DNA of 64,000 nt. Source: Octopus vulgaris (Eukaryota). The DNA is taken from assembly GCA_951406725.2 (NCBI GenBank), contig OX597837.1, positions 2,480,001 through 2,544,000 on the forward strand. Reading direction: 5' to 3'. A program made the position numbers and the translations under genes. The notes beneath the pieces were generated by a model that did not search any database, was not told where the DNA came from, and saw only the letters and a list, made by a program, of their open reading frames with translations. The stretch's first letter is position 1. Every line of letters starts with the position of its first letter. Of the stretch, positions 40,761-55,126 are shown in pieces.

Positions 40761-41186
40761 CAGCACACAATCAACAGAAACCGCGAGCCCCACAACAGCA
40801 ACTAAAAGCAACGGCATTAGCAATAACTGCAGCAGCTACTACAGCAACAGATACAGCAGTAACAATAAGAGCAGCAGCAGCAGGCGTCTTCAAAATAAGA
40901 ACAATGAATCCCACCATCAAACCCGCTCCACCACAGCCTCCCGGGGCTAGGCGCACCCTCCTCGCCAAAATTAAAAACGGAAATGCGAATAGATATCGTT
41001 CCCTTCTTCCTTCTCAAAATTATCTGATTCAGACACTTGGACGAATAGGGAGTCAAGGCAATGACCCCGCCATTCTAAGCGAGAAATGGCAGGAAAAAAG
41101 AAATCGAAAGATAAAAAGCTCTTAGCAAAAAAAAAAGTATAGTGAGAAACCACATTTATATATATATGTGTGTGTGTGTGTGTCTG

Positions 41187-41348
41187 TGCGCCGGAGTGGC
41201 TGTATGGTACAAAGCTTACTTCCCAACCACATGGTTCTGGGTTCAGACCCACTGCGTGACACCTTGGCTAAGTGTCTTCTACTATAGCCTCGGGTCAGCC
41301 AAAGCTTTGTGAGTGGATTTGATAGACGAAAACTGATAGACGCCAATC

Positions 41349-41396
<48 letters not shown>

Positions 41397-41605
41397 CTTT
41401 GTATCTATGTTTGTCCTCCACCACCGCTTGACAACCGATGTTGCTGTGTTTACGCCCTCGTAAGATAGCGGTTCAGCAAATGGATCAATAGAATAAGCAC
41501 CAGGCTTAAAAAATAAGAAGTACATGGGTCGATTCATTCGGCTAAAATGCGGTAAGGCGGTGCCCCAGCATGGCCGCGGTCTAATGAGTGAAACAAGTAA
41601 AAGGT
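41187..41605 (+). mobile_element. SINE family B, full length
   Basis: gcgccggagtggctgtatggtac...ggttcagaccc...ggcggtgccccagcatggccgcggtctaatgagtgaaacaagtaaaag. Confidence 0.92.
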
Positions 41606-41680
41606 AACAGATATATATACATATATATATATATACATATACATATACATATATATATATACATATACATATATATATAC

Positions 41681-41763
<83 letters not shown>

Positions 41764-42095
41764 AGGTGCAGGAGTAGCTGCGTGGTAAGTAGCTTGCTTT
41801 CCAACCACATCGTTCCGGGTTCGGTCACACTGCGTGGCATCTTGGGCAACTGTTTTCTACTATATGAAAAAATGGAAACTGAACGAAGCCCGTCGTATAT
41901 GTATATGCAATTATTATATGTATATATATTTGTGTGTGTGTGTGTGCGCGTGTGTGTGTCCCAACACAACATCACAACCGATGCTAGAATAAGTACTAGG
42001 CTTACAAAGAATAAGTCCCGGGGTCGATTTGCTGGACTAAAGACGGTGCTCCAGCATGGCCGCAGTCAAATGACAGAAGCAAATAAAAGAATTAA
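41764..42095 (+). mobile_element. SINE family B with internal deletions
   Basis: ggtgcaggagtagctgcgtggtaagtagcttgc...ggtgctccagcatggccgcagtcaaatgac. Confidence 0.88.
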
Positions 42096-42098
42096 GAA

Positions 42099-42176
<78 letters not shown>

Positions 42177-42347
42177 ATACACACATATATATAGAGAGAG
42201 GCAGACAGACAGAGGAATAATGAAAGAGTGAGAGAGAGATGCGTACAGGCAGACAACCAGTCAGACAAGCATATGTAGTGAGTAGTAGTCACGCATGGAT
42301 TCAGAACCTGGAAGCAAGAAATAAATTATTAAATGCGTGCTTGCGTC

Positions 42348-42402
<55 letters not shown>

Positions 42403-42714
42403 GTCACTGTGTACGTGTATGTGCGTGTGTACAAATGTGTATGTGTGTGACAGCATATATATGTGTGTGAGTGTGCGTCGGTGTGTAGGGGAAGAGGAGT
42501 TGCTGTACGAATTATCAATAATTGTATGCATATGAGCGTGTTCAAGCGTGTATGTGTATGTGTGTGCGTGTGTAAGCACACAGAATTGCGGATGTTCACC
42601 TTTGAACACCAGAGGGCGCGAGAACTGCAATTATTATAAAGATTATTTTTATAACAACTAATACAAAATGGCTGCTACAGGATTTCTTTCGAAATTGAGG
42701 AAATCATTTCTTGC

Positions 42715-42789
<75 letters not shown>

Positions 42790-42967
42790 GGTGGTGGTGG
42801 TGGTGGTGGTGGTGGTGGTGGCGGCGGCGGCGGCAGCAGCGGTGACGGTGGTGGCGGTGTTATTTAGCCACGGGTCAGTTTATATCATCGAGCAGTCGTA
42901 TGAGACAAATGATCAAAGAATTTCCAGCCACGGCCATACTGATTATTCCTTATATACATACACACAG

Positions 42968-43041
<74 letters not shown>

Positions 43042-43779
43042 AAACAACATAGACATTATAAATATATATATATGTACGTCATATATATCATATATATGCG
43101 TGTGTGTATATACATATATATATGTATATATACATATGTATATATACACACACATGCATATATACATATATGTTAGTAGTTGTGTACTGAAGATAACGAT
43201 GATGTAGATAACGATGATGTAGATACTGGTGGTGGTGACGGCAACGATAACGATATGGTGGTGGTGGTGGTGGTGGTGGTGGTGGTGTTGACTATGATGA
43301 CGGCACTGATGATGATGATGATGACGATGATAATGATGATGACGGTGGTGGTGGTGGTGGTGGTGGTGGTGTTGCTGCTGCTGCTGCTGCTGCTGCTGGT
43401 AGTCGTATATGGTGTAGGTGCTTTATTCGTGTTTTTGAAGGTTTTATCCTATTTCATGTCGTCGTCGTCGTCGTCGTCGTTCCAGTCGTGTCATCTTTAT
43501 GTAGTTTGTTTCATTTCTTCGGCATCCTTCGCTTTCTTCTTTTCCTTCTCTTTCTTCATTTCTTTCTCTTTATTCCAGAATATTCTCTCTTACAAAGGAC
43601 GAAAATAGTTTGTATTACTGTGTTCATTCCTCACCGATGAACATCAGCGCAGTGTCCCTATCCTCTTCCTCCTCACCACCCACATTCATCATCATCCTCA
43701 TCACCACCACCACCACTGTCATCATCACCCTCATCATTATCCTCGTCATTCTTCTCATTATCAAATTCATTATTGGGAG

Positions 43780-44125
43780 TAGCGGCGGCTGCGGTAGCGG
43801 CGGCTGCGGTAGCGGCGGCTGCGGTAGCGGCGGCTGCGGTAGCGGCGGCTGCGGTAGCGGCGGCTGCGGTAGCGGCGGCTGCGGCAGTAGCAGCCACAGC
43901 GGCAGCGGCAGCGGCGGTCGCCACAGCGGCAGTAGCGGCAGTGGCGGCAGCGGCAGTGGCGGCAGCGGCAGCGGTGGTAGCGGTGGTAGCGGCAGCGGTG
44001 GTAGCGGCAGCGGTGGTAGCGGCAGCGGTGGTAGCGGCAGCGGTGGTAGCGGCAGCGGTGGTAGCGGCAGAGGTGGTAGCGGTAGGGGCAACGGCGGTAG
44101 CGACAGCGGCAGTAGCGGCGGCAGC
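43780..44125. repeat. GC/CpG-rich 15-bp minisatellites (ggctgcggtagcggc)n and (ggtagcggcagcggt)n
   Basis: Direct inspection; two related unit types. Confidence 0.92.
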
Positions 44126-44196
44126 AAAATGGACGCCATCAACATTAAGTTCATAATTGTCAATATGTCAAGGAGATTCAGCGCGACACAGAAATA

Positions 44197-44350
44197 GAGG
44201 CCCCTTGAAATACAGGTACAACTCATTTTTGCCAGCTGAGTGAACTGGAGCAATGTAAAATAAAGTGTCAAGGACAGAACGCGTCCCTGGGAATCGAACT
44301 CGTGACCCTACGATCACAAGCCGAATACCCTAACCAAACCACGCGCCTTC
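44197..44350 (-). mobile_element. tRNA-derived SINE family D, 5' half
   Basis: Reverse complement of 61195-61355 (gaatcgaactc B-box, cagctgagtg, tgaaatacag). Confidence 0.85.
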
Positions 44351-44409
44351 ACATACATATATATGCATATAGGCATATATACATATGCATATGTACATAG
44401 CTACATATA

Positions 44410-44474
<65 letters not shown>

Positions 44475-44564
44475 AGAATTCACACAAAAACAAAAGACGC
44501 AGACAAAAGCAAAAGACGAATACAAAAAACAAATGTATTAGTTTAACGCTAACAAAGTGAAAAT

Positions 44565-44603
44565 GTCTTTAACGTTTCGAGCCTACGCTCTTCCACTGAA
44601 AGA
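44565..44603 (-). ncRNA. Variant minimal hammerhead in a Penelope-like terminus (44472-44640)
   Basis: tcttt-CAGTGGAA-gagc gtag gctc-GAAA-cgtt-aaaga; stems I and II perfect, palindromic stem III, non-canonical 5' core. Confidence 0.55.
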
Positions 44604-45177
44604 AACAAGGAGACAAAATAAAGAATGTGTAGTGGCGGTTGGATGGATTTTATCCTCATCAGACCATTTCAGGTTCTTCCGCTTTCATCTCAAAGAAGAA
44701 GCGAAGATGACTAAGAAACCCTATCCATCCCTGTTTTTTTTAAAATCCGAGTGTTCCTTCTCCTGGAGAGACTGCCGACCAAGGCTGACGAGTTCCGTCC
44801 ATCCGTTTTGGGATTGCCATTGTCTCTTCTGAATTCCTCTGCTTTCTGCTGCGTTTTTGTTTTTCATCCTGCATTGTGACCAAAATCAGTATTTCCCCCT
44901 CTACAGCTTAACTTGACATCTTAGGAGGATCGATCTTCATGGTTTAAAATGTGCTATGGTACATGAAAACCATTTTGAGTTGAAGAAAAAGAACAATGAA
45001 AGAATTACATTCTGCAATCAACAGACACATTTGCCCAATCCCAGGAAAAATAAGAATCCTCATTGACTTCATTGTGACTTCATAGCAAAATCCATTCCTG
45101 CGCTCAAATCACTTCACGCATCCATCGAAAATAGATGCAGCCTCTTTTGTTGTTTTCTTTTTAAAAGTTTTATTTTT

Positions 45178-45270
45178 TTCCCATATGTTATTCATATCTG
45201 CACTCGGTCTGCTTAGGAGGTTGTTGTGTCCTAGCATATGTACTGCTTTTTTAGTTTTCGTATTTTCCAG
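45178..45270 (-). mobile_element. Inverted copy of the Penelope endonuclease C-terminus
   Basis: Reverse-complement similarity to 45692-45785 (KKAVHMLGHNNLLSRPSADMNNIWE vs KEAAHILGHNNLLRRPNADTNSIWE). Confidence 0.85.
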
Positions 45271-45853
45271 AATATAAGTAACGATTGTGATATACACCAC
45301 GAAGAAATGATCAAGCTCAATAACAATCTATTAAGCAACAACTACCCCGAAAACATACTATACGCTCCAGTTATGAAGAAAAGAGAAGAGGAAACCAATA
45401 AACTGTCCACAGTTGAAAGGACATTAGGACAGTATTCAAGAGTTATACAACACTTCGCAAATATCTCCTTCGAATAAAACCACTAATAGAAGAGAATATG
45501 ACCAAAGACTCCGTGTATTCCATCCCATGCAGCTGTGGTAGGTTATACAAAGGTGAAACATGTGCCCCTCCCACACACACACACACCACCACCATTACAA
45601 TGAGAGTAGACGAACATCGTAAAGCTATGACACGAGGAGATATTGATATATCGGGTACAGCTGATCATGTATGGAAAAACGGAGAACGCCACTGGATAAT
45701 ACGAAAACTGAAAGAGGCAGCACATATACTAGGACATAATAACCTCCTAAGAAGACCGAATGCAGATACGAATAGCATATGGGAACCGGTATTAAGGAAG
45801 GATAGGAAGATATTAGATTTATAATCCCTAAAATTCACTCCATAATTGCCCAC

Positions 45854-45925
45854 GGGCATATGGTGTAGTGGTTAAGGGAGCGGGCTACTAACCCCAAGAT
45901 TCCAAGTTCTGATTCCAAGCAGTGA

Positions 45926-45927
<2 letters not shown>
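45854..45927 (+). other. tRNA-like sequence (A box plus damaged B box) inside the Penelope 3' region
   Basis: gggcatatggtgtagtggttaag (A box), gcggg ctactaa cccca anticodon-like arm, agttctgattcc; acceptor stem poorly paired so not a functional tRNA. Confidence 0.7.
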
Positions 45928-45964
<37 letters not shown>

Positions 45965-46026
45965 CAACAACAACACCATAGAAAAATACCTTAGGAATGA
46001 GAACCCAGGTTCAAAATTTCCCCAAG

Positions 46027-46060
46027 ACACCTGATGAAGGCTGGAGCCGAAACGTTGTGG
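46027..46060 (+). ncRNA. Minimal type I hammerhead ribozyme
   Basis: acac-CTGATGA-a-ggc tgga gcc-GAAAC-GTT-gtg; intact core, loopless palindromic stem III as in PLE hammerheads. Confidence 0.75.
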
Positions 46061-47373
46061 TAGCAACAAACAAGGTGAGGACAAATATCGGTACATAATT
46101 CCTCAGCTCTTATTAAAAAATAACCAGAATTAAGATTTTTATCCTTAATATAAAACAACAGACCTGCCAACCAGAAAACATACTTCAATGTAAAAGGAGA
46201 GTTGTGAACTGTCGTACATCAGTACGACATTTTCTCCTCAGTTGCATTTACAAAACGAAGACTTCACAACATGTGATAATACAGAACATAAAACAAAACA
46301 ATGTAGAAAAACGTTAGCTGATAAGACAATGATACTACATGGAATTTCTAATAAATAGATTGGGTATAGATGTTATAGCAAAATAGAACGCTTAGTTAGA
46401 GTGAGAGTGGGATAAACCATGACAGTCACCAGAAGTAAACTATTAACTCATCATAAAGTCGGTCGTGATGAGTTTATCGGTTACATCACTTTTCTGATCC
46501 TTTACTGCTTAATATAAACGAAATAGGTGAAGTAAAGAATGGGAAGATGAGAAAGAATGGTGTTCAAGCAGAAGTCTAAGTAGGAAGAGGCAAAGAAAGA
46601 AAGAAAGAAAGAAAGCGAATATAGGAAAAAAGAAAGCAAAACTAGAAGAAGAAAGAACAGATCAATGAACGAAAGAAAAAGAGAGGAAAATGAAAAGACA
46701 AGAAAGTGAAAAGAGACAATGAAAAGAGAGAGGCTGAAAGGTGGAAAAGAAAGAAGGAAAGAAGGTAATTAAAACGTTGAAGAGGTTAAAGATAAGAATG
46801 GAGGAGAGGTGGGAGTTGGAGGCGAAGAGCAGAAAGAAGTTGGTGGAAAAGGAAGGGGAGTTACATAAGAAACTATCCCTTCGGCAAGATCTTTTAATAA
46901 ACAAAGCAGCAAAGCAGGGGTAGAAGAGGCGTTTTCTCATCGTTGCAAACGTATTGTTGTTTAAGGTTACAAATGGGGCAGCAAGAGATAGCGGTCTCTA
47001 AATCAGGCGGAAATGAAGGAGTTTGATGGAATAAAGAGGACAAGGGGAGGAAGGAGAAGGAGGAGGAGGATGAAGAGGAGACTAAAGCAATTCGTGCCGC
47101 GGTTGTATTGTTTGTTGGACAGAGTAGTTTCTGGCCCCGAGATATGAAGGTGTTAATTTAATGCGTCCTCCTTTGCACGATGCGCATAGACACAACAAAC
47201 ATGCACCGACACATTGATACACGCAGGCGCACAGGCACAGACTCCCCACCGACATTATCTGTCTATCTGTCTCATTATATATACATATATATATACATAC
47301 ATACATATATATATATACACATACATATATATATATACACATACATATATATATATATATGTAAATTATGTAA

Positions 47374-47408
<35 letters not shown>

Positions 47409-47468
47409 ATGCATGTATATGTGTGTTTACGTATGTACATGTGTGTGTATGTGCACGTATTTATGAGC

Positions 47469-47504
<36 letters not shown>

Positions 47505-48679
47505 GTATATATACGTATATATATATGTGTGCGCGCGCGCGTGTATGTGTATAAGTATATATATATATATATATATATATACATGGCTCTATGTGTTACT
47601 GCATGTCTATGGATGTATATATGTATATATGTGTGTGTGTGTGTGTATATGGAAATGGATAGAAATATCTATTTGTCCTTAAGTGTGACTGAGACGTACG
47701 GAAATCATAATTGCTGGCGGTGGTCATTGTTGGTGTGGTGACCGTTCGAGGAGGCGGTGATGAACATGATGGTATGATGGGAGTGGTCGGGGTGATGCTA
47801 ATGATGGTTCTGGCAATGGTGGCAATGTACATGGTCTGGTGGTATTCATTGTTTTGATGAGAGATGTAGCCGTGGTGGTGGTGGTGGCTGTGGCGGCAGT
47901 GGATGTAATAGAAGTAGTAGTAGCAGCAGCAGCAGTAGTAGTAACAGTAGTCTAGGTCGTGGGTGATGTGATGGTAGTGATGGTGGTGGTTGTAGTGGTG
48001 TTGCTGGAGGTGATGATAGTGATACAAGTATTAGTTGCGATGGTGGGGTTGTAGTGATGTAGTGATGTGCATCAATTGTCTCCATATATATATATTTGCA
48101 TGTGTGCACGTATGTATCTATATGTGTGTGTGTTTGTGTGTATGTATGTACATACACGGGCATACATGTGCATCCATGTCTTCTTCTGGGCCTACCTCTC
48201 TTCCTCCTCCTCCTCCTTCCTCTACCCTTACAATCCCTATAGATATTCAATTGATAAATTAATTAAGGGGCCCACGAAGGTGAGATAAACTTTGTACCAC
48301 CATCCCCACACCTCCATCGACTCACCGTTCCATCTTAAGTAATCCATCTTTCACTGCATCTGAGAAAGGAAGCGGACGAGGACAGCCATCTTTGTGGATT
48401 GAGAGCAATGACAGATTTTTGTCCGAGATATAGACACACTGCTGTGGCTGTTGTTGTTGTTGTTGTTTTTGTTGCTGCTGCTGCTGCTGTTGTTTTTGTC
48501 GTAGTTGTTATTGGTGATGGTGTTAATGTTCATGTTGTGGATATTATATGCTGTGCTTTTAAACCCGGCACAACCATGAAAGAGTGTATCTGGGAAGGAA
48601 AGGCATAATAAATTGCCTGTCAACGGCGTATATTGAATAAGTAGGATACGTAGATGGCTGCGTAGATAGACAGACAGAC

Positions 48680-48711
<32 letters not shown>

Positions 48712-48758
48712 TAAAAAGTGTGTATATGTATATATATATATATATATATACACACATG

Positions 48759-48841
<83 letters not shown>

Positions 48842-49029
48842 AAAAAGAGATGACGCAGTAAAAACAATGGCTATGTTATTAAACTTGATTAGCTTGCTGC
48901 TGTTTCAGCCAAAAGATGCAGCGTACTCATAGTTGAGTGACTGAATAGCATCAACGTAGAGCTTCATCTGAACCTCGAATATGAAGTGCTCTTTCTTCAA
49001 ATTTGTTTTTTCTCTTACCTTTTAGATAA

Positions 49030-50050
49030 TTAATATCAGGCTGGCTCAGCAAATTAAAAACCAGGTGTAATCGTTGCCTTAAAAGCACAGCGTAGTGATG
49101 CAGAGATATGAGCTTGCCTCCTGAAAATCAATCGATCTTTCGTTGTCACAGATCGGAAAGAGCTGGAAGCTGCTGACAGGAGCCCAATAGCAGTTAAACA
49201 CAAAACGCATGAACGTGGTGCTAATACCACCATAATACATAACATCGTACAAAATGTCTAAGAAATAATCGATTAAAATCCGGGGATGTCAATCAGAGCC
49301 ATTGCAAAGGACCTCGGGGTTTCAGAATGCACCATCAAAAGAGTTGTGCAGGGAGACACCCGGTACAAGTCTTATATAATGCAGAGGGGTCAGTTTGTAT
49401 CAGCTATGTCATGAGAGAATCGTTCGATCCGTGTAGCAAAGCGGTTGTTTAGCAAAGCGCTTACTAAACAAGTTAAAATACAAAGAGGCTGGAATGCTTC
49501 CGATTTTCTCAGATGAGAAAAAAACTTCAACCAGGACCAAAAGGTAAAGCGAAGAAACGACAAATGGTTGTGCAGAGACCCGAATGAGGTTGCAGCTGTC
49601 ATGCATACAAACTTCCTTATAACTGTGATGTTTCTGAGAGTCTGCAACACCGAGGGAGCTCAAGAGTCATTGCCACTGTCTGCACAGAGAAGTAGGAGGA
49701 AGTTGTTAGGCTCTGGGTAGGCAGAATACACAACGGAAGGTGGTACTTATTCCGACAAAACTTAGAGTCGTCTCATAAGACCAAGACAGAGCAAATGTAG
49801 ATGCAGACCAATCTCCTTGAATCAAGTTATCCTAGACTCGTGTCTTCCAAGCTCACCAGACCTTAATCCACTGAACTACTATGAAGGGGGCAAAGTGGAG
49901 AGAGAGGTCAATAAACGCCCCAATAACACCACACAACCTTTCAAGTCGGCCATAGTGTCCAAAAGTTGATAAATATCATCTGATTCAAACATGTCAACAC
50001 TTCCAACGCCTTGTCGAAGCAGCCATCGACGCAAACGCTGATCAGAAGGA
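49030..50050 (+). pseudogene. Tc1/mariner superfamily transposase pseudogene (maT/DD37D-like)
   Basis: NPGMSIRAIAKDLGVSECTIKRVV..RYKSY, FFSDEK, DQKVKRRNDKWL, PSSPDLNPLNYY, VEREVNKRP; many stops and frameshifts. Confidence 0.85.
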
Positions 50051-51098
50051 TTCTCAAGATTATTTGCAGGAATTTGTTTTCAAATGTATCTCTTCTGTAA
50101 CGGGATTTGCGTCTTTTCCGAAATTCATACAAATGACCTCAAAAACTGACGTACCCTACGCACACACACACACGCACACACGCGCGAACACACACACACA
50201 CACAAACGCACGCACACACGCGCGAACACACACACACACGCACACACACACACACACGTGTGTGTGAGATCTGTGGTGCTTGTGCGTACATGTATATGCA
50301 TTTCTTTCTCTTTCTCTCTCTCTCTCTCAGACACACACACTCTCTCTCTCTCTACTTCCCTCCCTCCCATCCTTCCCTTTTTCTCTCCCCTCTTCCTCTC
50401 TCTCTCTGACCCTTTCCTCTCTTTTCTTCCGCCTCTCTCATCTTCTTTCTCACAGACATACACACACACACTCTCTCCCTCCCTCCCTCCTCTCTCTCAC
50501 CCTTTCTCTCCTTCCCTTCCTCTCTCACCATCTCTCTCTCTCTCTCTCTCCCTATACGTGTGCAAGCATCATGGTTGTTGGTGAGTTTTTCTATAGTGTG
50601 TATGTATGTGCATGTATATTTTCTCCCTGTGTATGTATATGTCACAGTATATACTTATGTTGTGAATCTGTTCGAGTGTGAGTCTACAAGCGTATGCTTC
50701 TGCAGATATGCCTCTGTGCGTGTGTGTGTGTATATGTGTGTGTATGCTGTATGTGTATATTTGTTTGCGAGATTGTGTATAGGCTCCTGCAAATACCTAT
50801 ATGTATGTATGTGTTTCTCTGCCTCTGTCTGTCTGTACGTGTATGCAGGTGCATACATGTCCTCTATGTGTATGCGTGTCTCTATGCACGCATGCTTGTA
50901 TGTGTATGTATCTGTGTGTGAAATTGTCTACAGGTGTATACATGTGTTATTTTCTATATGTATTGCACGATTCTGTCTGCAGGTGTATGCAGGTGCGTGT
51001 CTCTACATGTGTGCGTATGCGTGTGTATGTGTGTGTGTGTGTACATGTGTGTGTATGCGTGTGTGAGTGTGAAACTATCTACAGGTGCATTTACGTAA

Positions 51099-51144
<46 letters not shown>

Positions 51145-51853
51145 GGAAGTAAGATACGAGGCAAGATTCCATGCCGAGGATGGTAATTCTCTTTGCCGCC
51201 AGAAGGACGCTAACTCGATTCATTTCTCGCGCCAAAACAGAAAAAAAACAACAAGCAAAATAAAAACCGAGAGAAAAACAAGAAAGAAAAGAAAAATTAA
51301 GAAAAAAATAATAACTAAAATACGCTTCTTCTTTCTCTCTCTGTCTCACACACGCACACACACACACCTACACATACCAAAATGAAAAGAGAAAAGAACC
51401 AAAAGATTTTTGCTGAATTCTCTTCTTTACAACGTTCACCGTTTTTGTTTTTTGTCCTTGTTTTTTTTGTCGTTTCTCATCTGCACATGCATTTTTTTCG
51501 CTTACACTCACACATAACCATTATTGCTTAGACACACTCATACATGCATACATACACATACAAACACATTCATACATAAGCTACACACGACTTCATATAT
51601 ACACACAGTACAATTTATGTATGTGCGGGTCTTTTTATGAGTTCTTATATATGTATGAATGTGTCTATGTATCTATCTATCTCTGTCTATCCATCCATTC
51701 CTCAACCTACCTATTCATTCTTCTATCTATCTATCTATCTGTCTGTCTGTCTGTATGTCTGTCTTTCTGTCTGTCTACCTATCTATATTTCTATGCGTAT
51801 ATATATACACATATGAAAATTAAACTTTTATGCATACATACATACACACACAA

Positions 51854-51889
<36 letters not shown>

Positions 51890-51932
51890 GCATATACATA
51901 TATATATATATATATCGAAAGAACAACGGAGC

Positions 51933-52027
<95 letters not shown>

Positions 52028-52815
52028 GTGTATTATACATACAGCTTACTTACCTACAAAACAAACCGTGTACAGGCATGTTACAGCGATTAAGGAAATC
52101 GCTTGGAGCGGGGTTCAATCCCTCTGCATGGCACCTTGAAAAACTATCGTTTACTAAGGGCTTAACCTATCCAAATATTGTGCATGGAATTTGGTAATGG
52201 AACCGTAATAGAAACACATCGGAGGGATTCTAACTGTTGAATGCATTTGTCGGTCTCTGTGTCAGTCTCTGACGAGTACTCAGCCACTTATCCGTCATTT
52301 TAACAAATAGGTAGTTGAGGTGATTCTGCGACGGAATATGTTCATCGTCGCAAACGACGGAGAATCCATCCGATAATCACTATACATACATATATACATA
52401 CATACATACATACATACATACATACAGATTGACGTACATGCATAGGTACATGCATATTCATACATACACGTAGAAATACTTACACATACAAACACGTATA
52501 TACATCTTAGTTGCAAATCCATACACCTCACTTGATACGATCACACACTCACGCTCACATTGTAAATAAACATACACACGCACGCACACATATACATACG
52601 TCTTTATGTATATGCATATATAGGCATGTGTGTACGTATATACATACGAATGTATACACGTTTACATACAGTTTTATGCATGCATATATATACACGTGTA
52701 TATACATGTGTATATACATACACATACATCCACACACATACATAATATATATATATATACACCTGTACGTATATATATGTGTGTGTGTGTATTACATATG
52801 TATGTATATATTTAT

Positions 52816-52881
<66 letters not shown>

Positions 52882-53259
52882 CTATATACATATATATATA
52901 CATATATATACATATATACATAAATACATATACACACACCAGACTGTCGCCCCTTGCAACTCCAGCCGCTCTTCTGCTCCTTTGCCATCGACCACCAATG
53001 AATTTTCTGGAAACGTGAGTGGAATCTGAATAAATACCATTGTCCCACACTCCCCACCCACCTCCCTTTGCAAGGTAACTACTACCACCCACCACAAGCG
53101 CCATCACCTACCACCAACCCCAACACCGCTACCAATAACCCTACCGCTGTTTCCATCACAACAAGCGCGATATCACTGGCACGCTAAGTTCACGTATCAG
53201 ATATATACGCCCATTTGTTATGTATTTATGCATGGGAGACCTACACTAGTCGGACGCAC

Positions 53260-53315
<56 letters not shown>

Positions 53316-53630
53316 GCGTTTGTGTATATACGCATAGAGAGAGAAGTACAAGCATGCATGTACGCACGCAGTCATGCACATGCGCATAGAAACTTTCTGG
53401 AATGAAGTAAAACAAAAATAATGGCCGAAAGAAGAGCGAAATAAAACGATGCAAAATTTAAACAGGCTTAGGTAGCCATTTTGTTTTGCAGGGTTTTCTT
53501 GGATTTTTTCTTTTTTTCCCCTTCTTTTTTTTTGTTTATCGTCATCCATCCATCCACACATGCAAACACCCAGAATTTTGAGGGTTATGGAGGGATTTTT
53601 CTTCTTATCATTTTCGTTCCCTCTACTGCA

Positions 53631-53695
<65 letters not shown>

Positions 53696-53841
53696 TCACT
53701 ACCACCACCAACAACAACAACAATACTACTACTGTCTCTACGCATATATATATATATGTATATATATACGTACATATATGTATATGCATATACATATATA
53801 CACACATATATTAAATATGTACATATATATATATGTATATA

Positions 53842-53909
<68 letters not shown>

Positions 53910-54032
53910 CGTATGTATGTATATGTATAAAGGTATATGTGTTATATGTTTATACAACTATATGTATATCTATATATCATGTATAAGTAAGTGTGTGTGT
54001 GTATATAATATATATATACATATATAGTATGT

Positions 54033-54064
<32 letters not shown>

Positions 54065-54065
54065 G

Positions 54066-54138
<73 letters not shown>

Positions 54139-54396
54139 TTGCATCTATGTATTGTTTTGCTTCTGTTATGTCTATATTAACTTGGTAGCTTATGCGTGTG
54201 TGTGTGTGTATGTGTGAGTGAAATGAGGTGAGTCTTCTTAAGGAAGTTAATATCTCTCGTCTATACGGGATCAAAAACGCCTCACTTTGCCGCCAAAATG
54301 TCTGCCAATATGAAGACATGCTAACAACAGGTGCTTTAGCTGATGACTTCCTTCCCATCAACTGGACGGGGGGGACTACTTTACCAAACTGTCCAC

Positions 54397-54471
<75 letters not shown>

Positions 54472-54614
54472 CATTATTATCATTGTTGTTATTGTTATTA
54501 TTATTATCATTATCATTGTTGGTGTTGGTATTATTATTATTGTTATTACTGCTTGTAGTAAAAGTGTTGAATAATAGTCGTAGTAGCATTTTTGTTTTGT
54601 TATCAATAATACTC

Positions 54615-54650
<36 letters not shown>

Positions 54651-55028
54651 GCCATCAGGATTATTATTGTTGTTGTGATTATTATCATTACTATCATCAC
54701 CATCATCATCACTGCCACAACTAATTTATTTTCTTATTTTAAAATTTTCCATTTCATCTTATTTCCTTGCTTTTCCCCTTTCTTTTCTCTTTTGCTTTCG
54801 ATACTTGTTGTAATCCTCAATGTTCTTCTTCTTCTTCTTTATCATCATCATCATCATCTTCTTCTACTTCTGCCTCCTCCTCCTCCTCTTCTTCTTCTTC
54901 ATCTCCTATATCATCGTTTTTCTTCTTCTACTACTACTACTGCCACTACTACTACAACTGTTGCTGATGCTGCTACTGCTGCAGCTTCTGCTACTACATT
55001 TTCCACATTTTCCTCTTGATTGTCTTTC

Positions 55029-55126
<98 letters not shown>

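Larger units (their letters stand above)
45280..46112 (+). mobile_element. Penelope-like element 3' portion (RT thumb remnant, GIY-YIG endonuclease, pLTR)
   Basis: LNNNLLSNNYPENI; VYSIPCSCGRLYKGET..RVDEHRK..SGTADHVWK..RKLKEAAHI; hammerhead downstream. Confidence 0.9.

Noticed and set aside
45854-45927. Functional tRNA gene
   Set aside because: Acceptor and T stems are poorly paired and the B box is disrupted; the same applies to the SINE heads at 8600-8675 and 61195-61270
46741-46923. K/E-rich coiled-coil-like ORF
   Set aside because: Arises from purine-rich low-complexity sequence with a GTG start
54228-55019. 263-aa ORF with a complex N-terminus
   Set aside because: Only ~57 codons are non-repetitive and unrecognised; the rest is (ATT)n/(CTT)n
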